Source of the DNA: Candidatus Woesearchaeota archaeon
Lineage (GTDB): Archaea; Nanobdellota; Nanobdellia; Woesearchaeales; GW2011-AR9
Assembly: GCA_018657845.1 (NCBI GenBank)
Contig: JABHWJ010000033.1
Coordinates: 12,834-76,833, forward strand
Direction of reading: 5' to 3'
Length of the DNA: 64,000 nucleotides
The notes beneath the pieces are model-generated. The model was not told the DNA's origin. It made no database searches and was given only the letters and a program-made list of their open reading frames with translations. How positions within the stretch are numbered: position 1 is the first letter of the stretch; each line of letters opens with the position of its first letter. This document shows positions 38,228-48,747 of the stretch, piece by piece. A program made the translations under genes and the position numbers.

Positions 38228-39628
38228 TTACCTCGCAATCTCTCTTATCTCCTCTACTGTTTTGTAAGCATCCATCAAATTATTATAAAAACTAAACGAA
38301 GCTCTAACTGCTCCCGGAAGTTTCATCATTCCCTTGGAAAAACCCAAATTCATTGCTAATGCTCTTGCTTCATGACCTAGAGAATACCCAACTAATTTCC
38401 CCCCCAAAATATGGGAACAAAAACAGCCGTCTCGAACACTTATTCCTTTTCTATCTAGCTCCTGAGCAACATGATCATAGCTTTTTTTCAGTACATGTCC
38501 CAGATTAAAAGTCACCACTGCAGTCCTATTTTCAAAATCCTTAGGCCCATAAATCCTTATGTCTTTAATCTTCTCCAACTCCTCAACAAAATACTTTCCT
38601 AATTCTTCATCATGGGCCGCAATTTTGTCCATTCCTAGCCTCTCTAAAAAATCAATAGTGTATCTCCATTCAATCGCTCCTTCAATATCTGGAGTTCCCG
38701 GCTCAAACCGTTCTGGGTAACCAGAATAATTAGTGAAATGTCTAGATACTAACTCGACTGCACTCCCTCCGCTAATTTTTGTTTCCAGACATCTCTTGCT
38801 CTTATTATTAACAAACATTGCTCCAATGCCAGTGGGACCATACATTTTATGAGCAGAAACTCCTACAAAATCCACGTCCAAAGCATCTAAATAAATAGGC
38901 ACATGTCCCGCAGATTGCGCTATATCTAAATAAATAAACCCTCTACTTCCTAAAATCTCTCTTACTTCTTTAACCGGATTAATAACCCCGGTGACATTAG
39001 AAGCATGAACCAAATTCAATAAAATCTTTCCATTTTTATGTTCATCAACAATCTTCTCTAAATGCTCTAAATCCAATCTCCCTTCTCCGTCAATTTTAAC
39101 AAAACCAACTTTAGCTCCCTTGTCTTTAGCAAAATTTCTCGCCGTCACAATCTGAGAATTGTGTTCCCCTTCAGTATACAAAAATAAATCTCCCTCTTTG
39201 AAAGGAAACCTCGTCCCGATCCAATTAGAAGCATCAGTAGTTCCAGAAGTAAAAGCCAAAACATAATTTCCTGCTCCAAAAAAATCGACCAATTTGTCTT
39301 TAGCCAATTCATATTGCTCTTGTGCCTCTCTAGCCTCAGCAGAATTCTTGGAATGATTACTTCCCCTAATAGTATTGCTTCTGTAATTGTGAATTAAATC
39401 CTTGACAGACTGGGGAACCTGAGAAGTAGCCGTCGTATCTAAATAAACCCGTCCGTTTCTATCTAAAATTCCAAATTCTTCTTTCCTCAAAATTCCATGA
39501 AAAGGCAACAATCCTGGAAAGGCCTCTCTCTCTCTCTCCTTCCCATCTCCTAGAATTCTCAATACATCAACAAATCCATCTTCCTTCAAATAATCTTCCA
39601 ACCCACCCATATTTCTTTGAGAACCCAA
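38228..39628 (-). CDS. Class-V aminotransferase / cysteine desulfurase family protein with an N-terminal extension
   Basis: PLP-lysine motif 'SAHKMYGPTGIGAMFV'; 'LDTTATSQ'. Confidence 0.75.
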   Translation of the reverse strand: MGSQRNMGGLEDYLKEDGFVDVLRILGDGKEREREAFPGLLPFHGILRKEEFGILDRNGRVYLDTTATSQVPQSVKDLIHNYRSNTIRGSNHSKNSAEAREAQEQYELAKDKLVDFFGAGNYVLAFTSGTTDASNWIGTRFPFKEGDLFLYTEGEHNSQIVTARNFAKDKGAKVGFVKIDGEGRLDLEHLEKIVDEHKNGKILLNLVHASNVTGVINPVKEVREILGSRGFIYLDIAQSAGHVPIYLDALDVDFVGVSAHKMYGPTGIGAMFVNNKSKRCLETKISGGSAVELVSRHFTNYSGYPERFEPGTPDIEGAIEWRYTIDFLERLGMDKIAAHDEELGKYFVEELEKIKDIRIYGPKDFENRTAVVTFNLGHVLKKSYDHVAQELDRKGISVRDGCFCSHILGGKLVGYSLGHEARALAMNLGFSKGMMKLPGAVRASFSFYNNLMDAYKTVEEIREIAR

Positions 39629-39714
39629 CTTTCTTATAAAGTTTTCTTAACAAACCTCTAAAAATATCCTCCACCACAATAATCAATATAAACTACCTTT
39701 AACCATAAAATTCC

Positions 39715-40947
39715 ATGAAATATGCCCATTTAGCTGATCTTCACATTGGCTCTTGGAGGGATCAAAAGATGTGTGATCTTTCTCTTAATGCCTTCGCTCA
39801 GGCCATTGATAATTGTCTAGAAAAAAAAGTAGATTTCATTCTCTTCTCTGGAGACCTTTTCAACACCTCCCTTCCCGCAATCGAATCCTTAAAATCAGTT
39901 ACCTCCAAACTTAAACAACTTCAAGAAGAAAACATTCCAGTTTACGTCGTCCCCGGTTCTCATGACTTTTCTCCAAGTGGAAAAACCATGATAGACGTTT
40001 TAGAAAAAGCCGGCCTATTAATCAATGTCTGCAAAGGAAGTATAGAAGATGGAACCCTTACTCTTCATTTCACCATCGACAAAAAAACTGGCACTAAGAT
40101 AACTGGGATGTTGGGTAAAAAAGGAATGCTCGACAAAACCTATTACCAAAATCTTAACTTAACAAATTTAGAAAACGAAACTGGTTACAAGATCTTTTTA
40201 TTCCACACTACTTTATCAGAACTTAAACCCAAACACTTAGAAATGATGGATTCTCAACCCCTTTCTTTCCTACCAAAAAATTTTAATTATTATGCTGGAG
40301 GGCATGTCCATCACCCCACAGAATTAGAACAACCAGGCTATGGAACTTTAACTTATCCCGGAGCCCTCTTCCCCAACAATTTCACAGAACTAGAAACTTA
40401 CCATCATGGTGGATATTATTTAATCGAAACTAACGAAAACCAACAAACTCTTACTTGGACTCCTATAAAAATTATTGACCACTTACCTCTTTCAATTGAC
40501 TGCAATAATAAATCTCCTGAAGTTGTTTTATTTGATCTCCTTGATTCCCTTAGAGAAAAGGATCTTCAAAACACCCTCCTCACTATTCGTCTATTTGGAA
40601 CTATAAGTAGTGGAAAAACCTCAGATATTAATTTCAAAAAAATATTCCAGCAGATTTATGAGCAAGGAGCTTATTTTGTCATGAAAAATACTTCCAAATT
40701 ACAATCACCCGGATTTGAAGAAATTAAAATCGACACCTCTGCCCCAGAACAAATTGAAGAAGAAATAATTAAAGAACATCTTCAACAAATAAAACTCTTT
40801 GATCCAGAAACAGAACTCAATCTTGCCAAAAACCTTCTCCATAATCTAAATACTGAGAAACAAGAAGGAGAAACCATTAAAGATTTTCAAGACAGAGTTA
40901 AACAAGAATTAAACAATCTTCTCAATCTAAAAGAAGAAATGAAATAA
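39715..40947 (+). CDS. mre11: Mre11/SbcD-like DNA repair metallophosphoesterase
   Basis: Phosphoesterase motifs 'HLADLHIG', 'FSGDLFN', 'PGSHD', 'GGHVHH'; no adjacent rad50. Confidence 0.65.
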   Translation: MKYAHLADLHIGSWRDQKMCDLSLNAFAQAIDNCLEKKVDFILFSGDLFNTSLPAIESLKSVTSKLKQLQEENIPVYVVPGSHDFSPSGKTMIDVLEKAGLLINVCKGSIEDGTLTLHFTIDKKTGTKITGMLGKKGMLDKTYYQNLNLTNLENETGYKIFLFHTTLSELKPKHLEMMDSQPLSFLPKNFNYYAGGHVHHPTELEQPGYGTLTYPGALFPNNFTELETYHHGGYYLIETNENQQTLTWTPIKIIDHLPLSIDCNNKSPEVVLFDLLDSLREKDLQNTLLTIRLFGTISSGKTSDINFKKIFQQIYEQGAYFVMKNTSKLQSPGFEEIKIDTSAPEQIEEEIIKEHLQQIKLFDPETELNLAKNLLHNLNTEKQEGETIKDFQDRVKQELNNLLNLKEEMK

Positions 40948-40957
40948 AAAAAGATAA

Positions 40958-41206
40958 TTATCTTCTACCTTTTTCGGGCAATGCTTTTCTTCCTAACACC
41001 GTTGCTATAATCCCTGCAACAATTATAACTAATACAGATATTCCAGCCCATAACCAAATTGAAACATTAATATCTCCTATTCCTTCCAAAGCTACTTCTG
41101 CCGCCCCAGTAATGTTACTGTGCCCATAAAAAAGATTCAACCCCACTACTACAATCAAAAATAGAATTGAAATAGAAATTATCCACCTATCATATTTTTT
41201 TTTCAT
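40958..41206 (-). CDS. Small two-TM membrane protein
   Basis: 82 aa, two hydrophobic helices. Confidence 0.35.
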   Translation of the reverse strand: MKKKYDRWIISISILFLIVVVGLNLFYGHSNITGAAEVALEGIGDINVSIWLWAGISVLVIIVAGIIATVLGRKALPEKGRR

Positions 41207-41324
41207 GATTTCACCTTTCTTCTTTTATCACAATTATGATTTTAATCAGAAATGAACCATAATATATAAACCTAGCCCCAATCAAACAAAAAAACATTTA
41301 AACCCTAAAATTTTCTTTCCTATA

Positions 41325-42536
41325 ATGAAAAAGAGATTTAGGGTTATAGATTTTCCAGTAGATAATAAAACTGTATTGGTAAGGGCAAGTTTTAACGTCC
41401 CTATCAAAAACAAAAAAGTCCTAGATAATAAAAAAATACAAGTTTCTCTTCCCACTATTGAGTATCTTCTTCAAAGAAAAGCTAAAATTGTCCTTATATC
41501 TCATTTGGGTAGACCTAATGGAAGGTTTAATTCTTCTTTAACCTTAGATCCTATTGCTAAAGAACTAAAAAAACTTCTTCCTAAAACAAACATAATAAAA
41601 TTAGATCATTGCCTTGGAAGAGACGTGAGAAAAACAGTCAAAGAAGCCCAACCTGGAGAAATAATTCTTTTAGAAAACCTGCGTTTTCATAAAGAAGAAG
41701 AACAAAATGATACCTCTTTTGCTCATTCCTTAGCAAACCTAGGTGATTATTATATTAATGCAGATTTTTCTACATCACATAGAAAACATGCTTCTCTTCA
41801 TGTAATCACTAAATTCCTACCTTCTGCCACCGGGTTATCAGTAGAAAAAGAATTAGCTTCTCTTTCACAAGCCCTTAAACCCAAAAAACCATTTATTTGG
41901 ATCTTGGGAGGAGCTAAATTAGATAAACTTTCTATCTTAAATAATGCACTCAAAAAAGCTGATTATGTTCTTGTCGGTGGAGCTTTGGCATTCTCTTTCC
42001 TTAAAGCCAAAGGATTTCATGTGGGCATGTCTAAAACAGATACTAAATCAATTAGTATTGCCAAAAAGATTCTTAAAAAGAAATCTTCCAAAAAAATAAT
42101 TCTTCCAGTAGATTTCGTGGTCAACAAAAGATCAAAATCAAGAGCCAAACCCAAGATTGTTTCAATTCAAGAAATCCCTATGGATCAAGTCGGCTTTGAT
42201 ATTGGTCCAAAAACTGTTAAACTATTCAAAACTTATTTACAGAAAGCCAAAACCATTATTTGGAATGGTCCCTTGGGTTATTTCGAAGTAAGACCCTATG
42301 ATCAAGGTACTAAACAGATAGCCAATTTCATTTCTAAACTCGATTCCGCCACGACAATAATTGGAGGGGGAGAAACTTCTGAAGCGATTAAAGAAATGAA
42401 ACTAGAGAAAAAGATGACTCACGTTTCTACGGGTGGAGGGGCCACTCTTGCCTTTTTATCTGGAGAAAAACTTCCCGCGTTAGTTGCTCTGGAAAAGAAT
42501 TATAAGAGATTTAAAAAGAAATTTAAACAAACTTGA
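41325..42536 (+). CDS. pgk: Phosphoglycerate kinase with Lys-rich insertions
   Basis: 'VLVRASFNVPI', 'ENLRFHKEE', 'GGGETS', 'STGGGA' signatures. Confidence 0.9.
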   Translation: MKKRFRVIDFPVDNKTVLVRASFNVPIKNKKVLDNKKIQVSLPTIEYLLQRKAKIVLISHLGRPNGRFNSSLTLDPIAKELKKLLPKTNIIKLDHCLGRDVRKTVKEAQPGEIILLENLRFHKEEEQNDTSFAHSLANLGDYYINADFSTSHRKHASLHVITKFLPSATGLSVEKELASLSQALKPKKPFIWILGGAKLDKLSILNNALKKADYVLVGGALAFSFLKAKGFHVGMSKTDTKSISIAKKILKKKSSKKIILPVDFVVNKRSKSRAKPKIVSIQEIPMDQVGFDIGPKTVKLFKTYLQKAKTIIWNGPLGYFEVRPYDQGTKQIANFISKLDSATTIIGGGETSEAIKEMKLEKKMTHVSTGGGATLAFLSGEKLPALVALEKNYKRFKKKFKQT

Positions 42537-43827
42537 TCTCTACTCTAAGAACTTCTTTAATCATTTCCTTTAACTCTTCTTTAATCTTTCCAGCATCCAT
42601 ACCTTCAACTTTAACCTTCAATTCTGCTAACTCTCTTTCAGTATTCATAATCTGTTCAGAAAAATGATTTAATTTATACTTAGCTTCTTCTAATAATTTA
42701 CCTACGCCAATATTTCCTAATTTTTCTTTAATCTCTTTTTCACCAGTTAGAATCTCTATAAAATTATCCTTCAAGTCCATTAAGTAACCTTTCTGGGCCT
42801 TGTCGATTAAATCCAAAGCATTTTCTTTTTGTTTATCATCTAAATCTACAGAACCACTAACTAAACTATTCCTTAAACCACCCAAAACTCCAACAATATT
42901 CAATCCTTCATCATTTTCAAAAGCAGTTACTGCTTCTTCTAAATATTCTCCAACCAATTTATTATCTAAAGCAACTCGTTCATATTTTCTCATCGCCCTT
43001 CCTAATTTAGAAAAAAAGGCATGAATCTCTTGGATAGAATCTTCTTTCAAATCCATATTCTTCTTCTTTGCCTCTTGAAACCCCAATAACTCAGCATGAT
43101 CTTCACTCTCTTTTAATCTCAAAATTTCTTTCTCTTGAAATTCCTTCCCTTTGACATTCCGTCCTAATTTATCTTCTTTTAACCTTAAATCTTCTTGTAA
43201 TTTTCCTTTTAATATCTCTACTTTGTCTAATTCCTTTACTTTTTCCCTGATTAAATTAATCTTACTAAAGTTTTTATTATCAATTTTCTTCTCAAAATCT
43301 TTCATTAACAAATTTATTTCACCAATAACCTTAAACACTCCTTCCACTGGCTTAAAAAACAAATGTTGAGAAGCTTGATAACTTTTAGCTGTCCGTTGAG
43401 CCAATTCATCCAATTCTTTATTGAGAAAATTATGAAACCTTATAGCTTCATCCATATTAATTTCCAAAGGAATATTTAGATGTTCTTTAAATCGCTTCAT
43501 ATCTCTTAAGTATGCGTCTTTGTGTCCCAACACAATACTTCTAACTTTTTCTTCTACATTTTCTTTTTTGTCTATTTCTGCAGAAACCAATAAATCTAAT
43601 TTTTCCTCTAATAGCCACTTTTGATCTTTTATCTTATTAAAATACGCACTCACCTCTTCGTTAAAATCAATCTTAGAAAGCTTTTCATCCACCCAACCAA
43701 ATAACTCATCTATTTTAACTTCTTCTACCTTAAGAGGTTCTTCCCCTTGAAATATTTTTTTAATGAATTTAAACATACCCTTTTCTAGAAAGAAATAATA
43801 TTTAAGGGTTTCGATAGAACAGAACAA
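42523..43827 (-). CDS. Coiled-coil protein of unknown function (434 aa)
   Basis: Charged heptad-rich sequence; no Walker motifs (not Rad50/SMC). Confidence 0.45.
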   Translation of the reverse strand: MFCSIETLKYYFFLEKGMFKFIKKIFQGEEPLKVEEVKIDELFGWVDEKLSKIDFNEEVSAYFNKIKDQKWLLEEKLDLLVSAEIDKKENVEEKVRSIVLGHKDAYLRDMKRFKEHLNIPLEINMDEAIRFHNFLNKELDELAQRTAKSYQASQHLFFKPVEGVFKVIGEINLLMKDFEKKIDNKNFSKINLIREKVKELDKVEILKGKLQEDLRLKEDKLGRNVKGKEFQEKEILRLKESEDHAELLGFQEAKKKNMDLKEDSIQEIHAFFSKLGRAMRKYERVALDNKLVGEYLEEAVTAFENDEGLNIVGVLGGLRNSLVSGSVDLDDKQKENALDLIDKAQKGYLMDLKDNFIEILTGEKEIKEKLGNIGVGKLLEEAKYKLNHFSEQIMNTERELAELKVKVEGMDAGKIKEELKEMIKEVLRVEIKFV

Positions 43828-45030
43828 CTATCTCCCAGCAACAATCTCTAGAATATCTAAATGTTTTAATTTGTGCTCCTTACCTACTGCCATTTTAGTA
43901 CGTACATCAATTGCTCTAATAAAGTTCTTTCCGAAATCAGTATGTAACTTAAAAGCGAAATCTAGGGCTGTAGAATCCGGAGGCATCAAGAAACAATCTG
44001 GCAAAACATTCCCATCTTTATCCTCTAACTTACTCGCCCCTCCGGGAAAGATTGCTATGTAACCCAATAATTCAAAAACGGCTTTGTCTAAAACTTGTTG
44101 CACTCCTGTACCTTCTTTTTTTAGAACATTCTCAGAAATAAAATTTAACGCATTCTTCTGTTTTTCATTTAACATTCCTTCACCCGTTTCTGTAATCGAA
44201 AAGCTCTTTTCTCCAGGAACATATTCAATTACGCCCATCTTGGCAGCTTCTCTTAAAGCAAGTTCTGATTCGGCAGAACAACCAATAAAGATGTACTCTG
44301 AAAACTTATCTTTTAATCTAACAAAATTCTCCATAGCTCCATTAACATCAATCTTATTACAAGCAATAATCATGGGTTTGGTTTTCTTCCTCAAAGATTG
44401 CGCCAAATTCAACAACTCTTCATTAGTCCAAGAACTTGGTTTTTCTTTATCTAATTCTAATTCGTTAATGGAATCTTCTACCATTTCTTCAGTAATCTTT
44501 AATCCAGATAGTTGTTTTCCCAACGCCTTATCAATTTCTTTTTTCTCCTGCATAACTATCCGAGAAAATTTTTCCCATCCTTTCTTTAAAATTCCCAAAT
44601 ACCACATATCTAATTCTAATTCTAAGAATTCTACGTCTTTAACCGGATCATAACTACCTGGCTCTATTGATTCACCTTTTTCATTAGTTCCACCAGAACA
44701 ATCTACTACATGGATTAAAACGTCAGCCTGCCTAAGATCATCCAAAAACTGATTCCCTAGCCCTAATCCCTCATGCGCGCCTGGAACCAAACCAGCAACA
44801 TCGATTGCTTGTACTGGAACAAATCGAGATTCCTTTAATACATATCCATTTCGGGGATTAGAAACTTTTCCAAATTCTCTAGCTACATCATTCACCTTAA
44901 CATATCCCACCCCTGTATTTGGTTTAATTGTTGCAAATGGATAATTAGCTATCTCAACTTCAGCTAAGGTGGCTGCTTTAAACAAAGTACTCTTTCCAAC
45001 ATTGGGTTTTCCCACGACACCTACAATCAT
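43828..45030 (-). CDS. ychF: Obg-like ATPase YchF/OLA1 family with a C-terminal TGS domain
   Basis: G1 'GVVGKPNVGKST', 'ANYPFATIKPNTG', C-terminal TGS-like segment. Confidence 0.75.
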   Translation of the reverse strand: MIVGVVGKPNVGKSTLFKAATLAEVEIANYPFATIKPNTGVGYVKVNDVAREFGKVSNPRNGYVLKESRFVPVQAIDVAGLVPGAHEGLGLGNQFLDDLRQADVLIHVVDCSGGTNEKGESIEPGSYDPVKDVEFLELELDMWYLGILKKGWEKFSRIVMQEKKEIDKALGKQLSGLKITEEMVEDSINELELDKEKPSSWTNEELLNLAQSLRKKTKPMIIACNKIDVNGAMENFVRLKDKFSEYIFIGCSAESELALREAAKMGVIEYVPGEKSFSITETGEGMLNEKQKNALNFISENVLKKEGTGVQQVLDKAVFELLGYIAIFPGGASKLEDKDGNVLPDCFLMPPDSTALDFAFKLHTDFGKNFIRAIDVRTKMAVGKEHKLKHLDILEIVAGR

Positions 45031-45255
45031 TTTAATGGAGATTAGACACCTGTTTTTAATTGTTTCTGTAATTCAAACCAAGAAAAAATCATTTTGTTAA
45101 GAAAAGATAATCAAGAGATTGCGGAATATTTATCTAATTATAAAAACAATATTTCTTGATCATACTACTACACGAGCATAAAGTTTATAAGAGATTAGCT
45201 GAAAGCTTACCTAATAAAAAAAATATTAAATTTAAAAAAATGTAGGTGATGTAAA

Positions 45256-46029
45256 ATGAGAAGTATTTGTGTTATTAATCATAAGGGAGGGGTAGGAAAA
45301 ACTACTACTGCCGTAAATTTGGCCGCTGGACTTTCCAGAAATAATAAAAATGTTCTGCTGATAGACTTAGATCCGCAAAGTAATATTAGCGTTTCATTAA
45401 AAGTAGACGCCCCATACAATTTATATGATTCTTTATTAGGAAACATTCCATTGAAGAGATGTATCTTTAATTTGGGTAAAAATCTTGATGTCTTAACTTC
45501 TAAAGAAACTTTAGTAAAAGCAGAATATCATCTTGCAGGAAGAAATGATTCTAAAATGGTATTACGAGATTTATTAAAAACAATTGAGGGGTATGATTAC
45601 ATTATTGTTGATTGCCCTCCATCGTTAGGAATACTTAATCAAAATGTCTTAGCATTTTGTAAAGAGGCTTTTATCCCTTCATCCACTGATTTCTTAGGAT
45701 TTGATGCACTTAAGAAAATGAAAATCATTGTGGAAAAAATCAACTCTAATTATCATCATGATATTAAGATAACGAAAGTGATCCCTACCTTCTTTGACAG
45801 GAGAACTAAGATTTGTAAAAATATTCTTAATCAAATGGAAGATAATTTTACAGGTATGGTTTCTGAACCAATAAGAGTTAACTCAAAGATTAAAGAAGCA
45901 CCAATGTATGGGAAATCAATCTTTGCTTATGCAAAATCTAGTAATGGCGCAAAAGATTACGGCCAATTAGTAGAAAGTGTTATGCAAATGGGTTCAATCA
46001 GAATCACTGAAGAAACTATTGCTGGTTAG
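45256..46029 (+). CDS. ParA/MinD-family ATPase (orphan, no parB seen)
   Basis: Deviant Walker A 'NHKGGVGKTTT'; 'IDLDPQSN'. Confidence 0.8.
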   Translation: MRSICVINHKGGVGKTTTAVNLAAGLSRNNKNVLLIDLDPQSNISVSLKVDAPYNLYDSLLGNIPLKRCIFNLGKNLDVLTSKETLVKAEYHLAGRNDSKMVLRDLLKTIEGYDYIIVDCPPSLGILNQNVLAFCKEAFIPSSTDFLGFDALKKMKIIVEKINSNYHHDIKITKVIPTFFDRRTKICKNILNQMEDNFTGMVSEPIRVNSKIKEAPMYGKSIFAYAKSSNGAKDYGQLVESVMQMGSIRITEETIAG

Positions 46030-46162
46030 GTTTTTTTATTTATTTCTTTTAATTTTTAAAGAAATTGATCAAATTGTTTCATTCTAAAATCCAAATCAAC
46101 TGATTTCCTAAAATATTGCCAAAAAACTTTCTGAACAACCAATGTATATTCTCATTTCTTGC

Positions 46163-47062
46163 TCACTCAGTAAGACTAGTCATAACTTGGTTATAAGTTT
46201 TTTTAAAATTTGCGTTGGAAACTCTAGTTCCACCCACAGCAGCATGGCCGCCACCACCTAAAGATCTCATTAAACTACCAATATCCACAGTGACTTCGCC
46301 CTTACTGAAAGGATTGTAACCAACACCAAAATTAACTTCTTCTGGATTATCAGCAGGATGAAAGATCGTTACTCCAAAATTTGCTTCTGGATTTAAAGCA
46401 TAATGAAGATATCTAATCGCTTCTGGCCGAACTTCATGTTCTGCTACCCGTAAGTCCATAACAGCAACCCCACCAACCAAAGAAGTCTGTTCTTTAACCA
46501 TTTCTTTAGCAACTTCCATATAAGTTAAATAATCTTTTATTCTGCTTCGAACCACGGGATCATTAACAATACCAGTAGCACCAGTATTTGGTAATAAATT
46601 TAATAGATGGCGATTAAAAGCCACATCTTTAGGATCGGTGTAGTTAGCCCCTACAACATATGAAACTAAAATATAATCCTGTGGATCTAAAACGTCTGTC
46701 ATTTCTAAATTTGCAGAATCAACTTTGTCTGTTTCTATTAACAGATCTGCAAAGCGATCTTCTAAACCAAAATTTCTAGCAATAACTCTACCACAACTTT
46801 TTTCTATCTCTCTTTTACCAGGAACAATAATATCCGCACGAAAGTTTGCCCCATGATGGTCAAACCAAGCTCCCGCGTTTGGGAAATAAGGAAGATCACA
46901 AATAATTGTTTTAGCATCAGCCACCACATTAGTTAATTTGGATTCATTTGGGTGTGTAAATATAACTTCAGAACTATCAATCCCAAATTGTTCTGCTAAC
47001 AACATAGCTGAAACTACTCCATCAAAATCATAATGTGTAATTATTCTGTTAAATTCGGCCAT
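46163..47062 (-). CDS. DHH-family phosphoesterase (NrnA/RecJ-like)
   Basis: Motif I 'HYDFDGVVSA', motif III 'FDHH', DHHA1 'GGGGHAAVGG'. Confidence 0.7.
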   Translation of the reverse strand: MAEFNRIITHYDFDGVVSAMLLAEQFGIDSSEVIFTHPNESKLTNVVADAKTIICDLPYFPNAGAWFDHHGANFRADIIVPGKREIEKSCGRVIARNFGLEDRFADLLIETDKVDSANLEMTDVLDPQDYILVSYVVGANYTDPKDVAFNRHLLNLLPNTGATGIVNDPVVRSRIKDYLTYMEVAKEMVKEQTSLVGGVAVMDLRVAEHEVRPEAIRYLHYALNPEANFGVTIFHPADNPEEVNFGVGYNPFSKGEVTVDIGSLMRSLGGGGHAAVGGTRVSNANFKKTYNQVMTSLTE

Positions 47063-47112
47063 AAGAATAAATTTAAGTGGCGATTTATAAATTTAATGCT
47101 CCAAGTGATGAA

Positions 47113-47805
47113 CTATTTTCTCAAATACCCTTTTCTTTTCCCTTCTTCTAATCTTTCAATAGAATATCTTAGCATCGTCCGTGGCATCTCAGTAACATGC
47201 TTATCTAAGAATTCTTCCAATACAGATTCATCCCGCTTGCCAATCTCCCTTAACATCCAGCCAACTGCTTTATGAATCAAATCATGCTTATCGTTTAATA
47301 GAATCTCAGAAATTTTCAAAGAATCTTTGAAATCATTGTTACGAATAAAAGCAAAAGTTGCCAAAACAGAAATTCTTCTTTCCCAGAGATCTTTTGATTT
47401 AACTAACTTATACAAAACACTCCTATCATGATCAACTAAATAAAACCCAACCGTTCTTGGGACAGTAACATCAACCAAATCCCAATTATTGATATATTTA
47501 GTATTCTTTAAAAAAAACTCATAAATTTCCTTCCTCTCTGAAGCAAACTTCTCATACTTGTAAACAAGCATCACTAAAGCACACATCCTAAATTCATGAT
47601 ATTTGCTTTCAACTAATTCCTGGACAGAAGAATAATCAATCTCTTTGAAATATTTCTTAGCAACAATCCTTACTTGTGGCATAGTTAAACCCAAGAAAAC
47701 ATCTCCCTCACCATACTCTCCGGGACCAGTTTTAAAGAACCGTTGACTATGTTTAGCTCTCACTGGATCAGATAATTTTCTTAATTCTTTCTCGATTAAA
47801 AACAT
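47113..47805 (-). CDS. HEAT-repeat DNA alkylation repair protein (AlkD/AlkC-like)
   Basis: 'NWDLVD' and 'HKAVGWMLRE' are characteristic of the DNA_alkylation family. Confidence 0.65.
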   Translation of the reverse strand: MFLIEKELRKLSDPVRAKHSQRFFKTGPGEYGEGDVFLGLTMPQVRIVAKKYFKEIDYSSVQELVESKYHEFRMCALVMLVYKYEKFASERKEIYEFFLKNTKYINNWDLVDVTVPRTVGFYLVDHDRSVLYKLVKSKDLWERRISVLATFAFIRNNDFKDSLKISEILLNDKHDLIHKAVGWMLREIGKRDESVLEEFLDKHVTEMPRTMLRYSIERLEEGKRKGYLRK

Positions 47806-47923
47806 TTCAAATTAATACAAATCCTTAAGACATAAAAATATTTCCTTTTTTAGAATGAAACCTCAATTCCTCATCTTGATTAAACACAAAATTTTATAAA
47901 CATCTTCTTCATTATTCTCCGTA

Positions 47924-48538
47924 ATGCCAGCAAAAAAACCCAAAGGCAAATTAGTCAAAGTAGCCCGTTATAGAGTCAAATTCAATGATGTTTTTGATAT
48001 GAAGGCCTTCTATGAATCCCTACACGAATGGTGTAAGGAATATGATTGGATCGATGAAGAAGATGGTTTTGACCATTATGAAACTCTCTACTTAGATAAA
48101 ACTGACATGAATGGTATGAAAGAAATGTGGATCAAATGGCGCCCATCAAAAATCCCCACTGCCAATTCTTATTACAAATATCACCTAGACTTTGATTACC
48201 ATGTGGTTGGTATGTCTAAAAAAGAAATCATCCACCAAGGCCATAAGAAAAAAATAGATAAGGGAGAAGTAGAAATTTACATCACTGCCCAGATGGAACT
48301 TGATTATACTGGAACTTGGTCTTCCCATCCCATTCTAAAATATTTTAATAAGTTATTTCCAGAGCGTATCTTTAGAAAAGAATTATTTGAACAACATAAA
48401 AAAGAACTTTATCGAGAAGCTTACGCACTTCAAAGATTCATTAAAGAATGGTTGAAACTTAAAAGATACTTACCTTATGAGGAAGCTAAATCTTTCTTTC
48501 CCTCAGAAGCTATACCTTCTCATTTAAAGAATGAATAA
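47924..48538 (+). CDS. Hypothetical protein (204 aa)
   Basis: ORF only. Confidence 0.4.
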   Translation: MPAKKPKGKLVKVARYRVKFNDVFDMKAFYESLHEWCKEYDWIDEEDGFDHYETLYLDKTDMNGMKEMWIKWRPSKIPTANSYYKYHLDFDYHVVGMSKKEIIHQGHKKKIDKGEVEIYITAQMELDYTGTWSSHPILKYFNKLFPERIFRKELFEQHKKELYREAYALQRFIKEWLKLKRYLPYEEAKSFFPSEAIPSHLKNE

Positions 48539-48544
48539 AAAAGG

Positions 48545-48632
48545 AGCCCCCGCCGAGATTTGAACTCGGGATCTCCGGTTATCCGTCTTGAGAGATACAA
48601 GACCGACGCATTAGCCACTATGCTACGGGGGC
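48545..48632 (-). tRNA. tRNA-Thr (anticodon TGT) with a 15-nt intron at the canonical 37/38 position
   Basis: Reverse complement: acceptor GCCCCCG/CGGGGGC, D-arm GCATAGTGGCTAATGC, anticodon stem TCGGT/ACCGG with loop CTTGTA[intron TCTCTCAAGACGGAT]A, T-arm CCGAGTTCAAATCTCGG. Confidence 0.7.
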
Positions 48633-48747
48633 AAGATTAATTGAATTCTAATTAAGTATTTATTAACTTTTCTATCCTAAAAAAGAAACTGATAATAAAT
48701 CTCCTAAACTCACAAAACTTATTAACTACACCCTTTTCAAAAATTAT

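Noticed and set aside
42523-43827. Coiled-coil protein as the missing Rad50 partner of Mre11
   Set aside because: It has no Walker A/B or signature motif and is only 434 aa. It is not an SMC or Rad50 ATPase.
44084-44653. 189-aa plus-strand ORF
   Set aside because: It lies antisense within the well-supported YchF GTPase gene and has low-complexity composition.
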